35,961 bases of DNA from Myxococcales bacterium. Lineage in GTDB: Bacteria; Myxococcota; Myxococcia; Myxococcales; Anaeromyxobacteraceae. Position numbers and translations under genes: made by a program. The notes beneath the pieces were generated by a model. The model searched no databases and was not told the origin of the DNA. It saw only the letters and a program-made list of their open reading frames with translations. The stretch spans positions 1-35,961 of the forward strand of contig JAJXVM010000001.1 of NCBI GenBank assembly GCA_021782135.1. Direction: 5' to 3'. Shown piece after piece: positions 7,695 to 16,849 of this stretch (within the stretch, counting starts at the first letter, position 1; every line of letters starts with the position of its first letter).

Positions 7695-10600
7695 ATGATC
7701 CGCAGACTCGTCGACGTCGCCCTCCGCAACCGCATCCTGGTGGCGGTCCTCGCCCTGGTGCTGGTCGTCGCCGGGCTGCTGGCGTTCAAGCGCCTGCCGA
7801 TCGAGGCCTACCCGAACCCGGTGCCGCCGCTCGTGGAGGTGATCTCGCAGCCGCCCGGCTGGAGCGCCGAGGAGACCGAGCGCTACGTCACCGTCCCGCT
7901 CGAGATCGCGCTCTCGGGCATGAACGGGCTCGACCACATCCGCTCGCAGTCGCTCTTCGGCCTCGCGGACGTGAAGTGCTACTTCAAGTGGGGTACCGAC
8001 TACTGGGCGGCGCGCCAGGAGGTGATCAACCGGCTGCAGTTCGTCCAGCTGCCGCCGGGGGTGACGGCCCAGCTCTCTCCCTGGAACGCCATCGGCGAGG
8101 TCTTCCGCTACAACCTGCGCGGGAAGGGGTACTCGCTCGAGGATCTCAAGACCGCCGAGGACTGGATCCTGGAGCGGCAGTGGAAGCAGGTGCCCGGGGT
8201 CATCGACGTGACCAGCTTCGGCGGCCTCAGCAAGGAGTACCACGTCGAGGTCGATCCCTACCTGCTGCGCGCCCGCGGCGTGACCCTGACGCAGCTCACG
8301 GCGGCGCTCGCCAACGGCAACCAGAACGTCGGCGGGCAGCGGGTGACCGTCGGCGAGCAGAGCTACACGGTCCGCGGCATCGGCCTCATCGGCTCGCTCG
8401 AGGACATCGAGCAGATCGTGATCCTGGAGCAGAAGGGGGTGCCGGTCCGGGTGAAGGACGTGGCCCGGGTGTCGATCGGCAACGCACCCCGGCTCGGGAT
8501 GGTGGGGCGCGACGGCGAGGACGACGTGGTCCAGGGCACCATCCTCATGAAGTACGGCGGCGAGACCGCCTCGACGCTGCAGGGCATCTACGAGCGGCTC
8601 GATTCCATCCGCGAGAACCACCTGCTCCCGCCGGGCATGGAGCTCGACCCGTTCTACGACCGGGCCGAGCTCGTGAAGGTGACGACGCACACCGTGCTCG
8701 AGAACCTGCTCCTCGGCATGGGGCTCGTCACCCTGGTGCTCCTGCTGTTCCTCGGCAACTTGCGCGCCGCGCTCATCACCGCGGTGAACATCCCGCTGGC
8801 GCTGCTGGTGGCCTTCATCGGAATGGTGCTCACCGGCACGCCGGCGAACCTCATCTCCCTCGGCGCGGTGGACTTCGGGATCGTCGTCGATTCGACGGTC
8901 ATCATGATGGAGAACATCTTTCGCCATCTCGGGGAGCCCGGCGCGCGTCGGGTGCCGGAGCGGATCCGGGACGCGGTCGCGGAGGTGGGGCGACCCATGG
9001 CCTTCTCCACCGCCATCATCGGCGTGGCCTTCCTGCCGCTGTTCACGCTCACCGGCGTCTCGGGCGTGATCTTCGCGCCCATGTCGCACACCTACGCGCT
9101 CGCCATCGGCGGCGCCATCCTGCTCGCGCTCACGCTGACGCCGGTGCTGGCCTCGCGCTTCTTCCGCCTGCCGGAGCACGACGAGGCGCCGACGCGCGGC
9201 GGGCTCGCTCTCTTCCTGCAGTCGCACATCGACGCCGACGAGGAGGAACGAAATCCGGCGATGCGATTCCTCCACCGGATTTACGCTCCGTTCTTCGACG
9301 GGGCGCTGCGGCGGCCGAAGCTCGCGCTCCTGCTCTGCCTCGTCCCCGTCCTCGCCTGCGTCGCCCTGTATCCGCTCCTGGGCAAGGAGTTCATGCCCAA
9401 GCTCGAGGAGGGGAACTTCTGGATCCGGGTGACGCTCCCGACCTCGATCTCGCTGGAGGAGTCGTCGAAGCACGTCGGGCGCATCCGGCAGATCCTGCGC
9501 GGCCACCCCGAGGTGCTCACCGTCACCTCCCAGCTCGGGCGGCCGGACGACGGGACCGACGTCACCGGCTTCCACAACGTCGAGTTCTTCGCCCCGCTCG
9601 AGCCGTTCGACCAGTGGCCGCGCGGCCTCACCAAGGAGAAGCTGACCGCCCAGCTCCAGAGGGAGATCCAGGCCGAGCTCCCCGGCGCGGTCCTCAACTT
9701 CTCGCAGTACCTCTCCGACAACGTCGAGGAGGCGCTCTCGGGGGTGAAGGGCGAGAACAGCGTCAAGGTGAGCGGGCCCGACATCCGACGCAACGACCAG
9801 GTCGCCGACGAGCTCGTCGCGACCATGTCCAGGGTGAAGGGCGTGGACGACCTCGGGCTCTTCCGCTCCATGGGGCAGCCGAGCATCAAGATCGTCCCGG
9901 ACCGCACCCAGTGCCAGCGCTATGGGCTCAACACCGGCGACGTGGAGGCGGTGGTGCAGGCGGCCATTGGCGGGCAGGCGGTCACGCAGGTGTACGAGGG
10001 CGAGAAGAGCTTCGCCCTCACGGTTCGCTGGCTGCCGCAGTACCGCAGCACCGCCCGCGACATGCGGAACATCCTGGTCTCCAGCCCCGACGGCAGTCAG
10101 ATCCCGCTCGGTCAGCTCGCGCGCATCACCAGCGAGGACAGCCCGAGCGTGGTCTACCGCGAGGACGGCCGCCGGCTCACTCCGGTGAAGTTCTCGGTGC
10201 GGGGCCGGGACCTTGCCTCGACCATCGCCGAGGCGCAGCGGCGGATCGCGGCCGCGGTGCACCTCCCGGAGGAGACCCACCTCGCCTGGTCGGGGCAGAT
10301 CAACGAGCTCGAGGAGGCGGAGGGGCGCCTGGTGCTGATCCTGCCCATCACGCTCCTCCTGATCGGGTTCCTGGTCTACACCGCCGTCCGGAGCTGGGTG
10401 GCGACGCTCATCGTGCTGGTGCAGATCCCGGTCGCCTGCACCGGGGGAATCCTGGCGCTGCTGGCCGCGGGCGAGAACCTGTCGGTCTCCGCCGCCATGG
10501 GCTTCATCTCCATCTTCGGCATCGCGGTGCAGGACGCCTTGCTGATGGTCACGTACTTCCAGCAGCGCTTCGCGGCCGGGCGGCCGGTCGAGGAGGCGGC

Positions 10601-10835
10601 CCGCGAGGCCTCCCAGAAGCGCTTCCGACCGGTCCTCATGACCACGCTGGTCGCGACGCTGGGCCTCCTGCCGGCGGCGCTGTCGCACGGGATCGGCGCG
10701 CAGACCCAAAAGCCGCTCGCGATCGTGGTGATCGGCGGGTCGCTCATGTTGGCGATGCTCACCCGGATCCTCCAGCCGCCCCTGCTGGTGATGGCGTGGC
10801 GCTGGCTCGGCGTGCGGCGCCCGGCCGCGCGCTAA
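7695..10835 (+). CDS. czcA: CzcA/CusA-family heavy-metal RND permease
   Basis: 1046 aa; LPIEAYP, GAVDFGIVVDS, EFMPKLEEG, RFRPVLMT, GIGAQTQKPLAIVVIGG. Confidence 0.93.
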   Translation: MIRRLVDVALRNRILVAVLALVLVVAGLLAFKRLPIEAYPNPVPPLVEVISQPPGWSAEETERYVTVPLEIALSGMNGLDHIRSQSLFGLADVKCYFKWGTDYWAARQEVINRLQFVQLPPGVTAQLSPWNAIGEVFRYNLRGKGYSLEDLKTAEDWILERQWKQVPGVIDVTSFGGLSKEYHVEVDPYLLRARGVTLTQLTAALANGNQNVGGQRVTVGEQSYTVRGIGLIGSLEDIEQIVILEQKGVPVRVKDVARVSIGNAPRLGMVGRDGEDDVVQGTILMKYGGETASTLQGIYERLDSIRENHLLPPGMELDPFYDRAELVKVTTHTVLENLLLGMGLVTLVLLLFLGNLRAALITAVNIPLALLVAFIGMVLTGTPANLISLGAVDFGIVVDSTVIMMENIFRHLGEPGARRVPERIRDAVAEVGRPMAFSTAIIGVAFLPLFTLTGVSGVIFAPMSHTYALAIGGAILLALTLTPVLASRFFRLPEHDEAPTRGGLALFLQSHIDADEEERNPAMRFLHRIYAPFFDGALRRPKLALLLCLVPVLACVALYPLLGKEFMPKLEEGNFWIRVTLPTSISLEESSKHVGRIRQILRGHPEVLTVTSQLGRPDDGTDVTGFHNVEFFAPLEPFDQWPRGLTKEKLTAQLQREIQAELPGAVLNFSQYLSDNVEEALSGVKGENSVKVSGPDIRRNDQVADELVATMSRVKGVDDLGLFRSMGQPSIKIVPDRTQCQRYGLNTGDVEAVVQAAIGGQAVTQVYEGEKSFALTVRWLPQYRSTARDMRNILVSSPDGSQIPLGQLARITSEDSPSVVYREDGRRLTPVKFSVRGRDLASTIAEAQRRIAAAVHLPEETHLAWSGQINELEEAEGRLVLILPITLLLIGFLVYTAVRSWVATLIVLVQIPVACTGGILALLAAGENLSVSAAMGFISIFGIAVQDALLMVTYFQQRFAAGRPVEEAAREASQKRFRPVLMTTLVATLGLLPAALSHGIGAQTQKPLAIVVIGGSLMLAMLTRILQPPLLVMAWRWLGVRRPAAR

Positions 10836-10839
10836 CCTC

Positions 10840-12441
10840 TCACGGCGCGCGGCGCCCCGCGTCGGGCTCGCGCGGCACGCCACCGGAGGCGGCCGCGATC
10901 TCGCGGTCGAGCCGGCCGACCAGGTCGCGCGAGTAGGGGCCGAGGTGCAGGTAGAGGGCGGCGAAGGAGAGCACGATCTTGAGCGCCGCCGGGTTGTGGA
11001 CGAGGCAATCGAGCAGGGCTCGCCACCACTCGCGCCGCACGCGCGGATCCCGGATCCCCATCGACCACAGCATCCCCAGGAAGGCGCGCACGTCCCGGAG
11101 GAGGTTCCGCGCGGAGGGCTGGACGGCGTGGCCCGAGCGGTCGAGCTCCCGGCCGACGCGGCGCGCCCTGGCGAAGAAGGCCTCCGGCGCGTAGATGCGC
11201 TGGAGGATCTCCCGGTAGTCCGCCAGCACCTCGCGCCGCGGCCGGAGCGTGTCGAAGTTCAGGCCCGAGGTGCACTGGTCGGCGTCGTCCGCGGAGTAGG
11301 CCTCCGCGTGGTGGAGCCGGCCCTCGGCGGCGAGGCGCCGCGTCAGCCTCGTGCCGGGCAGCGCGAACAGCAGCCCCACCATGCACACCGGGATCCCGGC
11401 CTCCTCGATGCACGCGACCATCGCCTCGGCGATGCTGCCGCGCTCGGTGTCGAAGCCGACGATGAAGCCCGCGTTGACGAAGAGCCCGGCCCGGTGGATG
11501 GCCGCCACGCTGGCGGCGACGTCCCGCCGGGCGTTCTGCTGCTTGTGAACCGCGAGCAGCGTCGCGGTGTCGGGCGTCTCGATCCCGACGAACACGGCGA
11601 AGAAGTTGGCCTGCTTGAGCAAGCGCAGCAGCTCGGGATCGCCGCCGAGATCGAGGCTCGCCTCCGTCGTGAACTCGAACGGCCGCCGGCGTTCGTCCAG
11701 CCAGGTCGCCAGCTCGCGCAGGAACGGCTTCACCGCCTTGCGGTTGCCGATGAGGTTGTCGTCGACGAAGTCGACGTGGCCCCGGTACCCGAGCGCGCGC
11801 AGGGCCTCGAGCTCGCGCAGCACCTGCGCGGGGGCCTTCGTGCGCGGCGACTGGCCGTTGAGGTCGATGACGTTGCAGAACTCGCACTGGAACGGACAGC
11901 CGCGCGAGAACTGAACGCCGACGTGCAGGTAGCGATCGAGCTTGAGCAGGTCGAAGCGGGGGACCGGCGAGCGCGTCAGGTCGGGGAAGCGCGGCGCGGC
12001 GAACAGGCCGCCCTCGGCGCCGCAGTCCCAGGCGGCCAGGAACTCCGCGATGACCTCCTCGGCCTCGCCGAGCACGCGGAAGTCGGCCTTGGCGTAGGTC
12101 TCGGGGGCGCAGGTGGCGTCCGGACCGCCCACCACCACGGGCTTGCCGCTGGCGTGCGCCCGTTCCACGAGGTGCAGCGCGTCGTTGCGCTGCGGCAGCA
12201 TGCCGCCCGTCATGACGACGTCGGCCCAGGCCAGGTCGTCGTCGCTCAGCTCCTCCACGTTGCGATCCACGAGCCGGACGTCCCAGCTCGCGGGCAGGAG
12301 CGCGGCGACCGTGATGAGCCCGAGCGGCGCCGCCGAGTACCTCGCCCCGAGGAGCTCGCAGGTCGCGCGGTAGTTCCAGAACGACGATCCGGAGAACCGG
12401 GGGAACACCAAGAGCGCTTTGCACTTCGTGGGTCTGTTCAT
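10840..12441 (-). CDS. B12-binding radical SAM protein (HpnP-like/DUF4070 family)
   Basis: PLGLITVAALLP, VVVGGPD, SRGCPFQCEFC (CxxxCxxC), FVDDNLIG, VFVGIET, GFIVGFD. Start at ATG 12441. Confidence 0.9.
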   Translation of the reverse strand: MNRPTKCKALLVFPRFSGSSFWNYRATCELLGARYSAAPLGLITVAALLPASWDVRLVDRNVEELSDDDLAWADVVMTGGMLPQRNDALHLVERAHASGKPVVVGGPDATCAPETYAKADFRVLGEAEEVIAEFLAAWDCGAEGGLFAAPRFPDLTRSPVPRFDLLKLDRYLHVGVQFSRGCPFQCEFCNVIDLNGQSPRTKAPAQVLRELEALRALGYRGHVDFVDDNLIGNRKAVKPFLRELATWLDERRRPFEFTTEASLDLGGDPELLRLLKQANFFAVFVGIETPDTATLLAVHKQQNARRDVAASVAAIHRAGLFVNAGFIVGFDTERGSIAEAMVACIEEAGIPVCMVGLLFALPGTRLTRRLAAEGRLHHAEAYSADDADQCTSGLNFDTLRPRREVLADYREILQRIYAPEAFFARARRVGRELDRSGHAVQPSARNLLRDVRAFLGMLWSMGIRDPRVRREWWRALLDCLVHNPAALKIVLSFAALYLHLGPYSRDLVGRLDREIAAASGGVPREPDAGRRAP

Positions 12442-12742
12442 GGTGGCGGCCCGCACGGCGGTCCGCTCGGGGTCGCATGACTCTACTCTTCGTCGAGCCC
12501 CGGAGCGAGCCTCCTCGGCGGAGCCCACACCCCCCGCGATCGCCGAAACCGGCGGCCCATCCGCGAAGGCCTCGTCCGCCGCCGCCCCGCCCTCGTGAAC
12601 GCGGCGCCGGCCCGGACCCTCGCGCCGCCGCGCGCGGTCCCCGGCTCGCCCGCGATGCTCGCCCGGCGATCGAGCCCTCTGCTACACTCGTCCGCATCCA
12701 TCGACGCGAGCCGCAGCAAGTTCGCGCGAGAAGGGGGAGCCG

Positions 12743-13132
12743 ATGGAGGCGGGGAGCCGCAGGGCCAGGGTCCTGGTGGTGGACGACGACGCGCCCAACG
12801 CGCGGACGTTCCGCCGGGTCTTCCGCGAGCGGTACGAGGTCCTCACGGCGCTCTCCGGGGCCGAGGCGCTGGCGCTGCTCGAGCGCGACCCCGTGGACGC
12901 GGCGGTGGTGGACTACTCGATGCCCGGGATGGACGGGCTGGCGCTCCTGCGCCAGATCGAGCGCCGCTCTCCGGCCGTGGCGCGGCTGCTCCTCACCGGG
13001 TACGGGGACCTGCCGGAGATCCTCGAGGCTCGCCGGACGGGGCTCGCCACCGTGCTCTCGAAGCCCTGGGATCGCGACGAGCTCGAGCTGGTCCTCGAGG
13101 GCGCCCTGGCCGCCGGCAGGAGGGGGCGCTGA
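12743..13132 (+). CDS. Single-domain response regulator (receiver)
   Basis: VLVVDDD, VDYSMPGMDG, LLTGY, SKPW. Confidence 0.9.
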   Translation: MEAGSRRARVLVVDDDAPNARTFRRVFRERYEVLTALSGAEALALLERDPVDAAVVDYSMPGMDGLALLRQIERRSPAVARLLLTGYGDLPEILEARRTGLATVLSKPWDRDELELVLEGALAAGRRGR

Positions 13133-13133
13133 G

Positions 13134-14567
13134 GTGACGGCCGCCCTGGATGCCAGAAGCGCCTGGGCCTCCGAGTGCCTGGAGCGGGAGCGGCGGGAGG
13201 GGCTCGTGGCCGCGCTCTACACCGGCCTGCTCATCCCCGCCTGGATCCCGCTCGACGCGCTGATGGAGCCCGCGCGGGCGCGGCAGTTCGCGTTCCTGCG
13301 GCTGCTCGCGGCGGGAGTCTCCGCCGCGGTCTTCCTCCGGCTGCGGGGCCCGCGGACCCTGGCCGGCGTCCGGGCCGCCAACGCGGCCAACTTCGCGCTG
13401 ACCGGCCTCTGCGTCGGGCTGATGCTGCCGCAGGTCGAGCACTTCCAGGCGTACGTGGTCGGCTACTCGCTCTTCCTGTGGGGCGCGGGGGCGCTCTTCA
13501 CCTGGCCGATGTGGCTGGCGGCCGGAACCGCCCTGGCCCACGTCTCGGTGCTGGCGGCGCTGCTCGCCCTCTCCGGCGGCGTCCGGCACCTCGACGACCT
13601 CCTCAGCGGCGGCTTCTACCTCGTCACCACCGCCTGCATGGTGCTCGGGTTCGTGGCGGCCCGGCGGCGGACGCTGCGGCGCGCCTTCCAGGCCTCGCTC
13701 GACCTCGCGCAGCGAAACCGGGAGCTCGAGGCCACGCTCGGGACGCTCCGGGACACCCAGGCCCGGCTGGTCGCGTCCGAGAAGCTGTCCGCCCTGGGGC
13801 GGCTGCTGGCGGGGCTCTCGCACGAGATCAACAACCCGGTGAACGTGCTGCAGAACAACCTCGAGCCGGTCCGCCAGCACGTCGCCTCGCTGCTGGACCT
13901 CGCCCGGCGCCTGGAGCGCGCCCGGCCCGGCGATCTCCCGGCGCTGCAGGCCCGCTGCCGCGAGCTCGACCTCGCCTTCGTGGGCGAGGACCTCGCCGAC
14001 GCGACCGGGATCCTGCGCAGCGCCGTGGACCGGATCCGGCAGGTGCACCGCGACCTGCGGGCGTTCATCCGGGGCGACGCGCCGGAGTCGGTGGTGTCCG
14101 ATCCGAACGAGGGGCTGCGGGCAACGCTCGCGCTCATCGGCCGGCGGCTCCCCGCGGGGATCCGCATCGACGCCGACCTCGGCCAGGTGCGGCCGGTGCG
14201 GATGCAGCCCGGGCAGCTCAACCAAGTCTGGCACAACCTCGTCCAGAACGCCGTGGACGCCGTCGGGGCGGGCGGCGTCATCACCGTCCGCTCGCGCGAC
14301 GTCGGCGAAGAGGTCGAGGTGTCGGTCGCCGACACCGGGCCGGGCGTTCCCGCCGAGGTGCTGCCGCGGCTCTTCGAGCCGTTCTTCACCACCAAGGGAG
14401 TCGGCGCGGGCACCGGGCTCGGGCTCGCGACCTGCTACCAGATCGTCGAGCGCCACGCCGGCCACATCGCGGTCGACGGGACCTGGGCGCCGGGGGCGCG
14501 CTTCGTGGTGCGGCTCCCGGCCGCGGCGGCGCCGGTCTCACGGAGCGAACGGTTACCCGTGCCTTGA
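13134..14567 (+). CDS. Membrane-bound sensor histidine kinase (NtrB-like)
   Basis: Several TM helices, EKLSALGRLLAGLSHEINNP, NQVWHNLVQNA, DTGPG, FEPFFTTKGVGAGTGLGL. GTG start 1 nt after the receiver gene stop. Confidence 0.92.
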   Translation: MTAALDARSAWASECLERERREGLVAALYTGLLIPAWIPLDALMEPARARQFAFLRLLAAGVSAAVFLRLRGPRTLAGVRAANAANFALTGLCVGLMLPQVEHFQAYVVGYSLFLWGAGALFTWPMWLAAGTALAHVSVLAALLALSGGVRHLDDLLSGGFYLVTTACMVLGFVAARRRTLRRAFQASLDLAQRNRELEATLGTLRDTQARLVASEKLSALGRLLAGLSHEINNPVNVLQNNLEPVRQHVASLLDLARRLERARPGDLPALQARCRELDLAFVGEDLADATGILRSAVDRIRQVHRDLRAFIRGDAPESVVSDPNEGLRATLALIGRRLPAGIRIDADLGQVRPVRMQPGQLNQVWHNLVQNAVDAVGAGGVITVRSRDVGEEVEVSVADTGPGVPAEVLPRLFEPFFTTKGVGAGTGLGLATCYQIVERHAGHIAVDGTWAPGARFVVRLPAAAAPVSRSERLPVP

Positions 14568-14650
14568 CGCGCTCGCGGCCAGCCGCGACGCGCGCCGAGC
14601 CGCCAGGCGAGCTCCCGCGGGAGGCAGCCAGCCGCTGCCGTCCGCCGCGA

Positions 14651-14875
14651 TCAGGCCTCCGGCGACCTCTCCTGCCGGGCGGCGGTGGTCTCCGCGGGCA
14701 CCGGCGCGGCGGCCCTGATCTGCCGCCGCTCCTCCGGATCGTCCTCCCGGCTGGCCTGCTTGAAGTTCCGGATGCCCTTGCCGAGGGCATCTCCGAGCTG
14801 GGGAAGCTTGCTCGGTCCGAAGACCAGCATCGCGATCACCAGCACGATCAGCATCTCGCCCATTCCCATGTGCAT
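14651..14875 (-). CDS. tatA: Twin-arginine translocase TatA/TatE subunit
   Basis: MHMGMGEMLIVLVIAMLVFGPSKLPQLGDALGKGIRNFK (tail of track ORF 14651..15820). Confidence 0.92.
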   Translation of the reverse strand: MHMGMGEMLIVLVIAMLVFGPSKLPQLGDALGKGIRNFKQASREDDPEERRQIRAAAPVPAETTAARQERSPEA

Positions 14876-14883
14876 GGGTGGGA

Positions 14884-16086
14884 CTATACCCTGCTCGGAG
14901 GCGGAAACCCAGATGGGCCGCCCCGGGAGGCCGCCGGGGGCCCCGGCAGACGCACCGAGAAGACGGTCCCCTCGGGCGCCGAGGACTCGAACCCGACCCG
15001 GCCGCGCAGGTAGCCCTCCGCGAAGAGCTTCATGGCGTAGGTGCCGAGGCCGCGCCCGCGCTCGGCCTTGGTGCTGAACGAGCGCTGGAAGACGCGCGCC
15101 TGCACCTCCGGCGGCATGACGCCGGGGTTGTGGACGCGGAATCGGACGCCGTCGCCGTCCCGCTCGCACCAGAGCCGGACCGTCCCGCCCGCGGAGCTCG
15201 CCTCGAGCGCGTTGCGGACCATGTTCACGATGACGCGGAGCAGGAGGGAGTAGTCGGAGACGAGCTCCAGCCCCTCCTCGGCCGGGACCACCGCGAGCCG
15301 GCGCTGCCTCGCGGCCGGGTGGCCGGCGAAGATGCCCTCCACTACCTCCAGCAGCCCGGCCGCCCGGAGCGGCACGGCGTCGGGGATCAGCTCGCCGCGC
15401 TCCGCCAGCAGCAGGTTGCGGTGATCGCGGATCTCCCGCTCGACGTGGTGGGTGAGGTACTCGATCCGCTGGCTCGCGCGGAGGACGTCGCCGCCGCACT
15501 GGAGGAGCTGGGCCCACCCGCGCAGGCCGCCCACGCTGTTGAGGACGTCGTGGAAGAAGACCTGCTCCAGCACCTCGCGCCGCTTCTCGCTGGAGATGTC
15601 GCGGAACGAGACCACGGTGAAGCGCGCGTCCTCGAGCGTCACCGGGCTGGCGCGCACGTTGAACTCGAGCGCCCTCCCCGAGCCCGCCTCGCGGCGGATG
15701 AGGCACTCCGACTCGAGCGGGCGGCGCCGCTCCTGACAGCCCAGGATGGCGCCGAGCGCGCCGCAGGTGGCGCACGCCAGGGCCGCGCCGCAGCCGCCCG
15801 GGCCGTGCGAGTTCACGCACCCGAAGGCCTCGCCCGGACGGAGCCCGAGGACGTCCTCCGGCGCGCGGACGTCGGCGAGGCGGCTGTTGAAGCCGACGAT
15901 CTGCCGCTCGGCGTTCAGCACCAGGAGCAGCGCGTCGGTGACCTCGAGCACCGCGGTCACCACCGGGCTCTCGCTGACGGCGCGGATCTCGCGCTCGATC
16001 CGATCGGGCGGCGCGCGTCCGGGGGCGGGCAGGGGCTGGCGGTGGTTCCGGGGGAGGCGCTCGATGGTGACGAGTTGGTCGGTCAT
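14884..16086 (-). CDS. Cytoplasmic sensor histidine kinase with Cys-rich PAS-like domain
   Basis: LVLNAERQIVGFN, GEAFGCVNSHGPGGCGAALACATC, FFHDVLNS, NMVRNALEA, FSTKAERGRGLGTY. No TM seen; start uncertain. Confidence 0.88.
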   Translation of the reverse strand: MTDQLVTIERLPRNHRQPLPAPGRAPPDRIEREIRAVSESPVVTAVLEVTDALLLVLNAERQIVGFNSRLADVRAPEDVLGLRPGEAFGCVNSHGPGGCGAALACATCGALGAILGCQERRRPLESECLIRREAGSGRALEFNVRASPVTLEDARFTVVSFRDISSEKRREVLEQVFFHDVLNSVGGLRGWAQLLQCGGDVLRASQRIEYLTHHVEREIRDHRNLLLAERGELIPDAVPLRAAGLLEVVEGIFAGHPAARQRRLAVVPAEEGLELVSDYSLLLRVIVNMVRNALEASSAGGTVRLWCERDGDGVRFRVHNPGVMPPEVQARVFQRSFSTKAERGRGLGTYAMKLFAEGYLRGRVGFESSAPEGTVFSVRLPGPPAASRGGPSGFPPPSRV

Positions 16087-16243
16087 CTTCGACTCACGGG
16101 GGGCCCATTCATCCCACATCCCGGCCTCCGGCGCGAGCCTGTCCGAACCCGGCGAGCGCGCGGCGCCGCCGCTCGCGCGCACGGGCGCCAGCCACGCGCG
16201 AGGGGCGCGAATCGGAACCGGCGATTCCGGCTCGAACGAGATC

Positions 16244-16822
16244 ATGGGACCTCTCGTCACCCTCGGCTGGCTCGCCCTCCTCGCCGCGACCCCCGGCCCG
16301 GCGTCGCCGCGCTCCTACGCGCCGGAAGACGTTCCCGCCGCGCTCGCGGGCGCCGTGCAGCGGGCCGACCGCGCCGCCGCGGAGCTCCAGCGGACGCTCT
16401 CCGCCCGCCTCGGGGAGGCCATGAAGGCCGGCGGGCCCGCGAACGCCATCCACGCCTGCCGGGACGACGCGGCGAGGCTCACCGCGGAGGCCGGGCGCCG
16501 GTCCGGCGCGGCGATGGGCCGCACCAGCGACCGGTTGCGCAACCCCGGCAACGCCCCGCCCCCCTGGGCCGCGGCCTGGGTCGCGGCGGCGGCGGGCAGG
16601 CGCGCCGCGGAGGCGCGCCCGGCGGTCTTCGACCTGGGCGACCGCGTGGGGGTCCTCCGTCCCATCCCCGTGGCCGCGCCCTGCACGCGCTGCCACGGCT
16701 CCGCCGCCGACGTCTCGCCGGAGGTCCGCTCCCTCCTGCGGCGCTCCTACCCCGGCGACCGCGCCCTGGGATACGCGGTGGGCGACCACCGCGGCTTCGT
16801 CTGGGTGGTGGTCCCGAAGTAG
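16244..16822 (+). CDS. Exported c-type haem protein, DUF3365/Tll0287-like
   Basis: Signal peptide, GGPANAIHAC, RTSDRLRNPGNAP, CTRCH haem motif, YPGDRALGYAVGDHRG. Confidence 0.85.
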   Translation: MGPLVTLGWLALLAATPGPASPRSYAPEDVPAALAGAVQRADRAAAELQRTLSARLGEAMKAGGPANAIHACRDDAARLTAEAGRRSGAAMGRTSDRLRNPGNAPPPWAAAWVAAAAGRRAAEARPAVFDLGDRVGVLRPIPVAAPCTRCHGSAADVSPEVRSLLRRSYPGDRALGYAVGDHRGFVWVVVPK

Positions 16823-16849
16823 CCGGGTCGAGCCGGCCCGGACCTCCGG

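Noticed and set aside
7677-10936. Long antisense or alternate-frame ORFs (1068 aa, 986 aa) over the RND gene; similarly 948..3122, 25106..28978, 26023..28953 and 31949..35881
   Set aside because: Shadow ORFs expected at very high GC. They are Arg/Gly/Pro/Ala-rich, show no motifs, and overlap well-supported genes.
10840-12441. Naming this gene hpnP
   Set aside because: Family resemblance only. There is no hopanoid context, and orthology cannot be shown without a tree.
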